DNA from: a virus
DNA length: 64,000 nt
Strand: one strand, 5' to 3'
IMG/VR virus record: IMGVR_UViG_3300030737_000007
Span: 27,895-91,894 of that record
Part shown: positions 1-7,555 of the stretch, one piece after another
Layout of the letters: every line of letters starts with the position of its first letter
Numbering within the stretch: position 1 is the stretch's first letter
Made by a program: the position numbers and the translations under genes
Notes under the pieces: model-generated
Told to the model about the DNA's origin: nothing
The model's input: only the letters and a program-made list of their open reading frames with translations
Database searches by the model: none

Positions 1-361
1 TACCCGTGGGGGTAGGACCGACCGTCTTGACCAAGGTATTCACAGCCAGAAGTTCCTGCTGCGCCTTGGAGACGATGTTGCCAACGAGGGTGGCCGCCGG
101 GCCATTACCGTCGATCGTGAATACCGTTTCGAGCGAGATGCCGACGATGTTTACGCCGACGCTCAGAACGTTATAGAAGGCGGGCTCTTTGCCCCACCAG
201 GATTCCAAGACTTTCTCTACCTTGGAGATGTCGCTTTCAAGTGCGGTGATAAAGCTCATTGAGGTGTCCTTGGGTGTAACTGTGGGTGCTGCTACCTGGG
301 GAAGAGGCTGAGATACGGGAGTAACTGAAACGGTAGGTTTGGACCTGGAGAACCAGCCCAT
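1..361 (-). CDS. hypothetical protein (partial, runs off window start)
   Basis: Manual translation MGWFSRSKPTVSVTPVSQPLPQVAAPTVTPKDTSMSFITALESDISKVEKVLESWWGKE...; ATG overlaps the TAA of the upstream gene at 361. Confidence 0.65.
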   Translation of the reverse strand, partial: MGWFSRSKPTVSVTPVSQPLPQVAAPTVTPKDTSMSFITALESDISKVEKVLESWWGKEPAFYNVLSVGVNIVGISLETVFTIDGNGPAATLVGNIVSKAQQELLAVNTLVKTVGPTPTG

Positions 362-675
362 TACATTCCTGCCGGTGCGCCGCCAGCAGCCGGGGGAGGA
401 GCGGCAGCTTGCGCGGCGGCTGGATCCGGGGCGGCGGGAGCAGGAGGCTGGTCACCCATCGAATCGCTCATGTGCTGATTAAGGCTTTGCATGTCGGGGA
501 TCACGTGTTCTTCCGGCTCTTGCATCTGGCCGTCTGCGTCCGGCTTGTGGTGGTGGGTTGCTACAAACCCGCCCGAATGCCCGCGGCGTACGTGGATCGA
601 ATGGGGCTTGCCGCCAGACTTTGACTTGTGGCCGCCGCTGAGGGCTGACTTCGCTCGTGAGTGTTCTTTTGCCAT
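361..675 (-). CDS. His-rich / Pro-Ala-rich small protein
   Basis: 104-aa ORF, translationally coupled to the next gene, phage-like low-complexity composition. Confidence 0.7.
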   Translation of the reverse strand: MAKEHSRAKSALSGGHKSKSGGKPHSIHVRRGHSGGFVATHHHKPDADGQMQEPEEHVIPDMQSLNQHMSDSMGDQPPAPAAPDPAAAQAAAPPPAAGGAPAGM

Positions 676-679
676 AATG

Positions 680-775
680 TTATTTCCTGACCACTAGTTT
701 TTTGGACCCCGAAACCGGGACCTTGACTTTAACTTTTACCTTGACGACGACGCCTTTTTTCTTCTGATCAGGCAT
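680..775 (-). CDS. 31-aa Lys/Val-rich basic peptide
   Basis: MPDQKKKGVVVKVKVKVKVPVSGSKKLVVRK*; ATG overlaps the stop of 775..1110 and the ORF fills the gap exactly. Confidence 0.55.
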   Translation of the reverse strand: MPDQKKKGVVVKVKVKVKVPVSGSKKLVVRK

Positions 776-1110
776 TAGACCGTCCACCAGAGGAACAAGC
801 GCGTTCCCGTCGCAGTAAGTCCAGTAACGGCGAAGTCCCGCCAGGTCAGGTAGTCACCTGAATCCGGGTTGTCTACGTATAGGATGGTGTTCGCCGCGGA
901 CGAACCGGGCACAACCATCGGGGGGAACAGCGTAGAGCTATCAGACGGAGCCGTGATCGTAACGGTGCCCGCGGTCGAAGCCCCACCGGGCCCGACGGCC
1001 AGCGTCAGCTTTTGGACACGGATGCCTTGGAGTCGTTCACCTGACGTAGTACGATACGAAGTAATATCCGTATCAATAATTAGGGGTAAACTGTTGAGAG
1101 AATTGGCCAT
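775..1110 (-). CDS. hypothetical protein, possibly virion-associated
   Basis: 111-aa Thr/Gly/Ala-rich beta-type ORF in a tightly packed operon. Confidence 0.7.
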   Translation of the reverse strand: MANSLNSLPLIIDTDITSYRTTSGERLQGIRVQKLTLAVGPGGASTAGTVTITAPSDSSTLFPPMVVPGSSAANTILYVDNPDSGDYLTWRDFAVTGLTATGTRLFLWWTV

Positions 1111-1338
1111 TTAGTTCTCCGGAAAGTATTTGCCGAGCACTCCGGACAACCGGTTGGCTACAGCCTTGTAATGAATTTTGATTCTCGGGTCGTCCGTAAT
1201 CCGCTCGACCTCCCTGCAATCCTCTGCGTACTCCTCCAGTTCAAACCGGATAGCTTCGAGGGTCAGGTACTGGCCGATCGCCAGGATAATCAGGAACGCG
1301 AGCCCAACGCCGAACACGGCAACTAGCAGGAATTCCAT
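1111..1338 (-). CDS. small membrane protein
   Basis: N-terminal hydrophobic helix (FLLVAVFGVGLAFLIILAIG); GAGGAG RBS upstream. Confidence 0.7.
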   Translation of the reverse strand: MEFLLVAVFGVGLAFLIILAIGQYLTLEAIRFELEEYAEDCREVERITDDPRIKIHYKAVANRLSGVLGKYFPEN

Positions 1339-1389
1339 TGGGACTCCTCGGGGGTGTTTCCACCCCCTAAGGTTCTGATTCTAAATGGA

Positions 1390-2025
1390 TTAGAGCCGGT
1401 TAATGACGAATTCCGTGACCACGATCGAGGTCGTAGCAGCGGAAGCGATCGTGAACGAGGGGATGAAGTTCAGATCCGTCAGCCCAACCGCCGTAGCGTT
1501 CGCCGTGGTGCCCGCTGCCACCGAGGCTCCGTTGAGGTAGGCCGTGGAGGTCGTGTAGGCGAGGATCTTCGTAACCGAATCCCAAACGAACTGCGCCTTC
1601 AGCCAGTAGTTGATCGATTGCGAGGCCGTCAGACCAGCGGTACCGGTACCCGTAACAAGCAGGGTGCAGCCAGTGCCGAGCGTGCCGAGAGTATAGCCAC
1701 CCGCTGTGCCCGCGCCAGAGCCCGCCGAAAACGAGGAGTTCTTAGCGTTATACAGGCTAACCTGGAAATTGGTGGTGGCCGTCGAGGTTACCTTGAGGGC
1801 GAGCGAGACTTCGAACGGGTGTCCGTCGAACACGCTGCCCGCGATGTCGGCGGGAATGCCAACGAAAAGACCCGTGGGCAAAGAGCTGGTGGACAACGGG
1901 AACTCGGGGGAAGGGAGCCCCGGATAAACTCCGGAAGCGGAAGGAGCGAGGAGCGGGGTATTGGAAGTGACCGCAACCGTCTGCGGGAAATTCTGGATAC
2001 CGAACGAGGAGTCTTGACGTGCCAT
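1390..2025 (-). CDS. hypothetical virion structural protein
   Basis: Start re-placed to MARQDSS behind AAGGAAA; Ser/Thr/Ala/Gly-rich. Confidence 0.65.
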   Translation of the reverse strand: MARQDSSFGIQNFPQTVAVTSNTPLLAPSASGVYPGLPSPEFPLSTSSLPTGLFVGIPADIAGSVFDGHPFEVSLALKVTSTATTNFQVSLYNAKNSSFSAGSGAGTAGGYTLGTLGTGCTLLVTGTGTAGLTASQSINYWLKAQFVWDSVTKILAYTTSTAYLNGASVAAGTTANATAVGLTDLNFIPSFTIASAATTSIVVTEFVINRL

Positions 2026-2093
2026 GATTTGTTGTTTCCTTTGAGGGGTGAGTTGTGTTGCGTCAGGGGCGTAAACCGACCCCACAAATACTG

Positions 2094-2438
2094 CTACCAC
2101 AGACCGTTGAACGCGCCTTTAGCAGCTAAATCTTTCATCCGGTTCTGAAAAAGACGACCGTGTTCCCGACCTGTCTTGACCTTATCCCATTGTTCGACGT
2201 GGACAAGTTCGTGGATTACAGTCATGATCGTGACGGACCGGTATCGACGAAGAGCCCAGTCTAGTTCTATCAGGAACTTGCGTTTTCCTTTTGGGACAGT
2301 TCCCAGAACCGATCGGGTCCGCGCCATTATGTGCGAACTCGGAAATCCTTTTCGAACCCACTTGATCTTCACGTTCTTAAGCCTGCCGCGGAAATACCGA
2401 CTGTTGGCTAGGTGATAAATCTGTTCGAGCTGCGTCAC
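2094..2438 (-). CDS. SprT-like zinc metalloprotease
   Basis: N..YF.G.L, IHELVH (HExxH) and HGRLF..RM motifs; GTGA overlap with the upstream gene. Confidence 0.8.
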   Translation of the reverse strand: MTQLEQIYHLANSRYFRGRLKNVKIKWVRKGFPSSHIMARTRSVLGTVPKGKRKFLIELDWALRRYRSVTIMTVIHELVHVEQWDKVKTGREHGRLFQNRMKDLAAKGAFNGLW

Positions 2439-2767
2439 CAAAGATCCTTGAGCGCCCCCAGGTTGGCGAGCCGTTTCATTTCGTCCTGGAATATCTTTCC
2501 ATGCCCACACCGTACCCGGGCCGGAGCGTTCCGGAGTTTACAGTGCGCCATCTCGTGAACCAAAAGCAAGAGAGAGTAGTTGTCCAGTTTCAGACGTTTG
2601 ATCAGAGGGTGAATATGGATTCGGTAGGTTCCGTCTTCGTACGAGATAAACTCCGCGGCGTGCCCAGACGAAACATCAGCGTACCCTACGAATATATCGG
2701 GCAACGAGTTTCCGAAGTACTTTCGGTTGAAAACCCTGTATTGCTGCTTAAGCTCCCGGTTGGTCAC
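2435..2767 (-). CDS. SprT-like zinc metalloprotease
   Basis: FNRKYFGNSLP, VHEMAH, HGKIFQDEM motifs. Confidence 0.85.
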   Translation of the reverse strand: MTNRELKQQYRVFNRKYFGNSLPDIFVGYADVSSGHAAEFISYEDGTYRIHIHPLIKRLKLDNYSLLLLVHEMAHCKLRNAPARVRCGHGKIFQDEMKRLANLGALKDLW

Positions 2768-3215
2768 TGTTCCAAAGCCCCACCTCGAATTGTCTTCGTC
2801 TAGTAAGGCCGTCCAGAACTACCAACTCCCCGTTGACCCGGGCTTTATTGTACTCCAGGATCTTGAGGGGAACTTCTACATACCCGCCTTGGTTGAGTCC
2901 AGTTTCGGAAATAACGTGCTGGAGGGTACCGGCACCCAGGTTGAAGGTAAAGCTGGAGAGTGCGTCGAACTTATTCTGCGTCAGCGGCACTCGGACAAAC
3001 TCGTTGATGTACCGCTCGGATACGTGGACAAGGTCTGCTGCGAAGAGCGAGAGAGCCTGCTGGATCGTAATCGGCTTTTCCGTACCGTTTAGCGGACCGA
3101 GGTGAAGGAGATGACCCACCCCCACCGTTGCGTTTCCGGAAGCGTCGTTGTATGGAACCAGTTTGCAGCTCTCGAAGGAGAAGATACGGGCCGCGGTCTG
3201 GGAGGAGGTTGTCAT
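2748..3215 (-). CDS. phage lysozyme / endolysin (GH24)
   Basis: FES.KLVPYNDASGNATVGVGH catalytic E-x8-D-x5-T pattern; QNKFDALSSFTFNLG; GLTRRRQFE. Confidence 0.92.
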   Translation of the reverse strand: MTTSSQTAARIFSFESCKLVPYNDASGNATVGVGHLLHLGPLNGTEKPITIQQALSLFAADLVHVSERYINEFVRVPLTQNKFDALSSFTFNLGAGTLQHVISETGLNQGGYVEVPLKILEYNKARVNGELVVLDGLTRRRQFEVGLWNSDQPGA

Positions 3216-3700
3216 GGGTGGTACGACTGGGGTCCGTTTACAATTTGGAAACCGGAAATAAAATGACTTTGGTAATTTAAATAAATTACTTTAGTATTTA
3301 TGAAAGGAAAAGACCCTCGGGGTGACCAGGTCACGTAGCGGTACCGGCGGCGGCCAAGGGGGTAAGGCCCGCCCCAGCCGAAACTGATTTTAGGGTCCCC
3401 TACTCTAGCCAGCCAGCGACTCGATCTAACTCACTCAGTCTAAACGAGTTAGCACGCTGTAACATGACTGGCTTTCGACTCTGATACACTGTTGCGAGTC
3501 GGGCATCTAGTGTATTCAGCGACTCACCAAAGGGAAATTGACACAATCGCGTCACAATACCGCGTCAAGTGATTGATTCTAAAGGCTGTTGACTAATCGT
3601 AGGATTAGTCTCGATGTCGTGTTGTCCATTATTCGGATATTTTCGCGGTAAAAACACACTGAAAAGTTCCACGTAACCTATTCGTCGGGCGTGTTCAGCA
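3216..3700. other. non-coding region, possible packaging/terminus or late-promoter region
   Basis: About 480 bp with no ORF; AT-rich block 3250-3310, G-rich block 3340-3400, several inverted repeats, IHF-consensus match AATCAATCACTTG on the minus strand near 3566-3578. Confidence 0.35.
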
Positions 3701-3701
3701 A

Positions 3702-3914
3702 TTAGGCGTGTTCGCGGTACGTGAACGGCTGGAGCAGCGTGTCGCCAGTGTAGAACGGAGAGAACGGGAACATCTCCGCTAGTTTATGCCTTGCTTCGCT
3801 TACACACGAGTCGCATACTTCTATTGTCTTTCCCCGTTCGATCTCTACCAGCTTATAGGCTATGTCATGCTTAGGGCATTGGGCGAGCATTGTATCCTTT
3901 GGGCGCGAGTCCAT
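3702..3914 (-). CDS. small Cys-containing hypothetical protein
   Basis: CPKH...CDSC; its ATG is supplied by a motif-A copy. Confidence 0.55.
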   Translation of the reverse strand: MDSRPKDTMLAQCPKHDIAYKLVEIERGKTIEVCDSCVSEARHKLAEMFPFSPFYTGDTLLQPFTYREHA

Positions 3915-4082
3915 TATCCGGACAAGGTTTCAGTAATCAGGTCGGTTTCAGCATTCGGTGAACCAAGGCAGACGGGTGAAACTAACTCCCATCGCTCAAC
4001 TTGAATGCTCTATCTCTACCCTTGGACTGTCTTACACTCTCTACAGTCTTATTACATCCGTTGCGGGCAAGCTGTTTCGTAC

Positions 4083-4256
4083 TTAGCAGGCTGGTCCGTA
4101 TTCTCGGAACGTTGGGCGCGCCTCAATCTTTAGTCGAAACGCCAGCGATTCACTAGGCATGTACTCTGTGACGTTGTTCGCTTGCATCCAGCGCGCGAGC
4201 TCATCTAGGCTGTTGCAGTCTTGTGCGCGTTCAGGCAGTTTGCGCGCGTCTAGCAC
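4083..4256 (-). CDS. hypothetical protein
   Basis: GTG start overlapping the end of the upstream ORF. Confidence 0.45.
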   Translation of the reverse strand: MLDARKLPERAQDCNSLDELARWMQANNVTEYMPSESLAFRLKIEARPTFREYGPAC

Positions 4257-4405
4257 GATAACCCTATGTCCAGACCGTCGCCGCATCTGTCCAGCCTATA
4301 GCGAATCTCTTTGATCCATTCCGCATACCATTGCTCTATCGCGCGGTCAAGTTTGCATCTCTTGAGCGTTGCGCCGTGCCGGTATTTGTCCCTGTTGCGC
4401 GCCAT
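4250..4405 (-). CDS. hypothetical 51-aa protein
   Basis: Manual translation MARNRDKYRHGATLKRCKLDRAIEQWYAEWIKEIRYRLDRCGDGLDIGLSC*. Confidence 0.45.
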   Translation of the reverse strand: MARNRDKYRHGATLKRCKLDRAIEQWYAEWIKEIRYRLDRCGDGLDIGLSC

Positions 4406-4451
4406 AGTTGTCCGGATAATGGAAAATCGTGCTACGTGTCGCTTGTTTACC

Positions 4452-4643
4452 CTATGCCCTTGTACCTAACACGCTGTTTGGGAGTGTTGCGCGCGGTTTA
4501 CGCTTCGCCCTGGGGCGCGGCTTTATCTTGCGTATCTGCGTGAGTTGCGCGCTCGCCGTTAGCTTTTGATCCATGCTCGCATTGGGGTCCTCACAGATGC
4601 GGATCAAGACTTGCTCTAATCTTTGGGCGATAGTCTTTGGCAT
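4452..4643 (-). CDS. small basic hypothetical protein
   Basis: 63-aa ORF with helical N-terminus and Lys/Arg-rich tail. Confidence 0.5.
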   Translation of the reverse strand: MPKTIAQRLEQVLIRICEDPNASMDQKLTASAQLTQIRKIKPRPRAKRKPRATLPNSVLGTRA

Positions 4644-4932
4644 GGGTTAGCGGTTGGGCTTGGCGTGCGGTTTTCCATTATCTGGAAAGTGGTTCTAAGC
4701 GGTTCCCTAAGTCAAGTATATAATCATTACTATACTTGCTTTAGAACCATCAACATAAGGTTTGGGGCAGAGTGTTTCCCAGTGGTTAGGGCGCTAGCGC
4801 TTTGAGCGTTGAAAGCCATAGAGGATAGGCGCGCATTCTGCCCCGTCCGTAAACCGTAAAAAGGTCTACATAGTTATTAGACGTTCAAATGAGACGAAAA
4901 TCACAACCCATCCGAAAAATAATTGAAAATAA

Positions 4933-5346
4933 TTACTTTTGGGCTTGACGTTTGGCCTGATACTCGTCTAACATGTACCGCCTATCCGCTGGCATTTCCC
5001 ACCTGTTGAGGACGATAAACCCGAACTTGCCCATTCGATTGAGCGGCGGCTTATGCGTATGAATGAGATACGCCTCTGTCCACATCCTGGTTAGATCGTT
5101 CGGGATCTCGATACACGACACATGCGTCACTCCGTTGTCTATAAATTCCTGCATTCGGTTGTGGTACAGCAGCCTGTGTCGCGGCTGGACCGATGTTCCA
5201 ACATATAGCAGCCGGTTTGCCGCCCAAACTGTGTATACAGCGGGCCGTTTCGGAGCGGTACGGGCCGCCGCAAACCATTCATTCTCTTTGGGCGTGCCTG
5301 TCTTATATGGATAATTGGGTGGGAGCTGAAAATCGTCTGAATACAT
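4933..5346 (-). CDS. GIY-YIG nuclease family protein
   Basis: AVY...LLYVG.S...RHRL..H and E.YLI...KPPLN motifs. Confidence 0.8.
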   Translation of the reverse strand: MYSDDFQLPPNYPYKTGTPKENEWFAAARTAPKRPAVYTVWAANRLLYVGTSVQPRHRLLYHNRMQEFIDNGVTHVSCIEIPNDLTRMWTEAYLIHTHKPPLNRMGKFGFIVLNRWEMPADRRYMLDEYQAKRQAQK

Positions 5347-5386
5347 GCTCCCATTATATCACATGCAATTTATTTCAGAAAAACAC

Positions 5387-5415
5387 TTGACAATTTATTC
5401 GGTGGGGAATAATGT
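5387..5415 (+). promoter_or_regulatory. sigma70-type early promoter
   Basis: TTGACA-17 nt-TAATGT upstream of the first plus-strand gene. Confidence 0.55.
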
Positions 5416-5452
5416 GAGTTTGTTGGTTCAAAGCAAACGGAGGAAACACCCC

Positions 5453-5617
5453 ATGAAAGACGCACAACAGGCTTTCGAGGAAGCGATCGCAGCCGGTAGA
5501 CTGTCACTCAACCCAGCCGCCACCAACTATGTCGGGCATTACATGTACATGGGCCCGAACGCAGCCGGAACACTCGACACGTTCAAACATCGTCTTACCC
5601 GGCAGTACATCGCCTAA
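5453..5617 (+). CDS. hypothetical early protein
   Basis: GGAGG RBS; MKDAQQAFEEAIAAGRLS...YMYMG. Confidence 0.75.
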   Translation: MKDAQQAFEEAIAAGRLSLNPAATNYVGHYMYMGPNAAGTLDTFKHRLTRQYIA

Positions 5618-5649
5618 CCGAAACGTCTTTACAACCTGGGAGGTAGAAA

Positions 5650-5823
5650 GTGCAAACCCTAAAGAAACTAACACTTACACACGTATTGCTCGCCGTCATT
5701 GCTGTGATGCTCGGCCTAACCTATCACCGGCTGTTTCTCATGGATCAAGACATAGAGAACAACGTAGAGTTTTCACAACAGATTGCAACAGCGTTCGGCG
5801 CGCTTCCGAGCTCGGCGCGCTAG
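5650..5823 (+). CDS. small membrane protein
   Basis: GGAGG RBS then GTG; MQTLKKLTLTHVLLAVIAVMLGLTYHRL... with one transmembrane helix. Confidence 0.65.
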   Translation: MQTLKKLTLTHVLLAVIAVMLGLTYHRLFLMDQDIENNVEFSQQIATAFGALPSSAR

Positions 5824-5892
5824 TTCTCAGTTTGAGAATTCCAGATAATGGACATAACCGCGCGGCGCGTATCGTCGCAGAATGAGGAACTT

Positions 5893-6075
5893 ATGGAAGA
5901 TCCAAGGGACGAAATTTACCGCGAAATGGCTCGGGAAGAGTACGGCTCCGACGAATGCGAGATAGATGATAACGCAGTGGTCAGCTACGGCGAGGATGGG
6001 GCGTTCGTCGCGGCTTGGGTTTGGGTTCGCTACCCCGAGAAAAGCGAAACAGAGGACGAAGACGAAGCCGCCTGA
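5893..6075 (+). CDS. small acidic hypothetical protein
   Basis: GAGG RBS; ...GAFVAAWVWV...; stop codon lies inside the hammerhead core. Confidence 0.75.
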   Translation: MEDPRDEIYREMAREEYGSDECEIDDNAVVSYGEDGAFVAAWVWVRYPEKSETEDEDEAA

Positions 6076-6122
6076 TGAGCCGGTGAGATCCCGGCGAAAC
6101 GCTCGAACCTGGGCGTAGCGGT
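6067..6122 (+). ncRNA. type I hammerhead ribozyme
   Basis: Stem I GCCGC(6067-71)/GCGGT(6118-22); core CTGATGA 6072-78; stem II GCCGG/CCGGC; GAAA 6096-99; stem III CGCTC/GGGCG; GUA cleavage triplet 6115-17. Confidence 0.88.
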
Positions 6123-6129
6123 ACGCAAC

Positions 6130-6158
6130 TTGACAACCTAACCCCTAGCCTGTAGTAT
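6130..6158 (+). promoter_or_regulatory. sigma70-type promoter
   Basis: TTGACA-17 nt-TAGTAT. Confidence 0.75.
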
Positions 6159-6183
6159 GGTCTAAATCTGAAAGTGAGGCGCG

Positions 6184-6282
6184 ATGCCTAAGCTAACCCC
6201 AACTGAGCGCGGATACATGAAGACGGAGTTTATCGAGTTCGTTTGTCTTATGGCGCTCTTGATATTCATTCTTTGGATCTGA
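6184..6282 (+). CDS. 32-aa hydrophobic membrane peptide
   Basis: GAGG RBS; MPKLTPTERGYMKTEFIEFVCLMALLIFILWI*. Confidence 0.6.
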   Translation: MPKLTPTERGYMKTEFIEFVCLMALLIFILWI

Positions 6283-6308
6283 ACCGAGACCCGGCGGTAT
6301 CCGGGTTA

Positions 6309-6375
6309 GCTCCCCTACAACCTGGCCGCCAAGTGGCGGGGAGCGGGCAACGGGTTTATCCCGGCTAATAGGTTG
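6309..6375 (+). ncRNA. HDV-like (nested double pseudoknot) ribozyme 1
   Basis: P1 GCTCCCC/GGGGAGC; P2 CAACCTG/TAGGTTG; P3 GCC/GGC with 7-nt L3 GCCAAGT; P1.1 CC/GG; P4 CGGG/CCCG; J4/2 GCTAA with putative catalytic C6365. Confidence 0.85.
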
Positions 6376-6391
6376 AGAAAGAGAGGGTTAC

Positions 6392-6649
6392 ATGAGAAAA
6401 TATCCTGAACACGAAAAACAAGCGAAGGTGCTCGACCAGAGTCAAACAATTGGCTCGTTCCTAGATAACGGCGGTCTGGGTGATGGTGTAGTTTTAGCCA
6501 AATGGGACGAACGTCCGGGGAGGGATAATCTGTACCCCATCCACATGGATATCAACAAAATACTCGCCGCTTATTTTGAGATCGACCTCAACAAGATCGA
6601 AAAGGAAAAGCAGCAGATGCTGAAAGATCTCCGAACGGCTGCCGCATGA
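6392..6649 (+). CDS. hypothetical protein
   Basis: 85-aa ORF with RBS directly after the ribozyme. Confidence 0.75.
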   Translation: MRKYPEHEKQAKVLDQSQTIGSFLDNGGLGDGVVLAKWDERPGRDNLYPIHMDINKILAAYFEIDLNKIEKEKQQMLKDLRTAAA

Positions 6650-6822
6650 AACGCCATGATCTAATGCGCTACACCTACGGCGATATCTCTTACCTGGTAA
6701 TAGTCCAGCGGGCAACGCTCGACGAGTTCGGGACTGTACTAGTCAAGCGGGATGACGACGGGCACTATTTCTTCGCCACGCCCGAACGGTTGGAGGCTGT
6801 AATTGCTGATCCCAGCGTTTAG
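6646..6822 (+). CDS. hypothetical protein
   Basis: ATGA overlap; MKRHDLMRYTYGDISYLVIVQRATLDEFGTVLVKRDDDGHYFFATPERLEAVIADPSV*. Confidence 0.6.
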   Translation: MKRHDLMRYTYGDISYLVIVQRATLDEFGTVLVKRDDDGHYFFATPERLEAVIADPSV

Positions 6823-6999
6823 CCGCTCCCCCAGCCGTTTACCACCAAAGGCCGCGACCAGGTTTAGGGCCGCGATTCTACCCGCTGGACGCAAAACAGT
6901 AAGCCGCACGGCGCGAACGGATTGGACCTGTGTAGCCTGTATGAAGGGTAAACACGGGTGCGTAAGTCGCAAATGTAACTGTGTCCGGTGTAATCTAGC

Positions 7000-7042
7000 T
7001 TGACGGGCACGAAACCGCAGCGTAGTATTCCATTATTTGGAA
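7000..7042 (+). promoter_or_regulatory. sigma70-type promoter with a motif-A variant over the start site
   Basis: TTGACG-17 nt-TAGTAT followed by TTCCATTATTTGGAA (7028-7042). Confidence 0.7.
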
Positions 7043-7054
7043 AGAGAGGGCCAA

Positions 7055-7273
7055 ATGACTAAGAAGGACGCCGTAGCAACAGCAGTCAAGCGAGTAGACG
7101 AGACTGGGTTTACCTTCCTCGTTTTGCGCCGAGGATATGGCTATCGAGCGCAAATCTCTTCCTACCCAGTTGCGCGAGGCTGGAAGATCGCCGAACAGAT
7201 TGGTGTCGGCAACGTACAGAACTTCCGCGATGACCTACAGGAATTCAACCCGATTTGTGATGTCGTTTCTTAG
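7055..7273 (+). CDS. hypothetical protein
   Basis: GAGAGGG RBS, ATG at 7055. Confidence 0.7.
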   Translation: MTKKDAVATAVKRVDETGFTFLVLRRGYGYRAQISSYPVARGWKIAEQIGVGNVQNFRDDLQEFNPICDVVS

Positions 7274-7282
7274 GAGGAACCG

Positions 7283-7471
7283 ATGCCGAGATACAAAGTA
7301 GCTTTAGAAGTCGAGATCGAAGCCGAAAGCGCAGAGGCCGCGTTTGCTTACGTCCGGTCTTACGCCACGATCACAGACGAGTACGCGGCCCAACACGGTA
7401 CGCAATCGCAGTTTGAGTTCTATGTGTTGCCGCCAGAAGAGCTGGCCGAGGGAGAATTGGTAATTCAGTAA
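7283..7471 (+). CDS. hypothetical protein
   Basis: GGAGG RBS; EVEIEAESAEAA pattern common in phage small proteins. Confidence 0.7.
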   Translation: MPRYKVALEVEIEAESAEAAFAYVRSYATITDEYAAQHGTQSQFEFYVLPPEELAEGELVIQ

Positions 7472-7496
7472 CACGCCCGCCCGAGCGTATCGGGTA

Positions 7497-7546
7497 GTCC
7501 GCCACAAACCAGCCTCCACGCGGCGCGGACGGGTAAAGCTAATGGG
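7497..7546 (+). ncRNA. minimal HDV-like ribozyme 2 (P4-less)
   Basis: P1 GTCCGC/GCGGAC; P3 GCC/GGC with L3 TCCACGC (HDV has UCCUCGC); P1.1 CC/GG; J4/2 GCTAA; P2 only CCA/TGG (short). Confidence 0.7.
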
Positions 7547-7555
7547 CGAAAGGGA

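Noticed and set aside
3665-3680. parS site (GTTCCACGT...)
   Set aside because: Only a half match, single copy, and no parAB in the window
3915-4080. Structured ncRNA (AGCATTC/GAATGCT, CCAAGG/CCTTGG, GACTGT/ACAGTC pairings)
   Set aside because: Only short scattered stems with no recognisable family or covariation evidence
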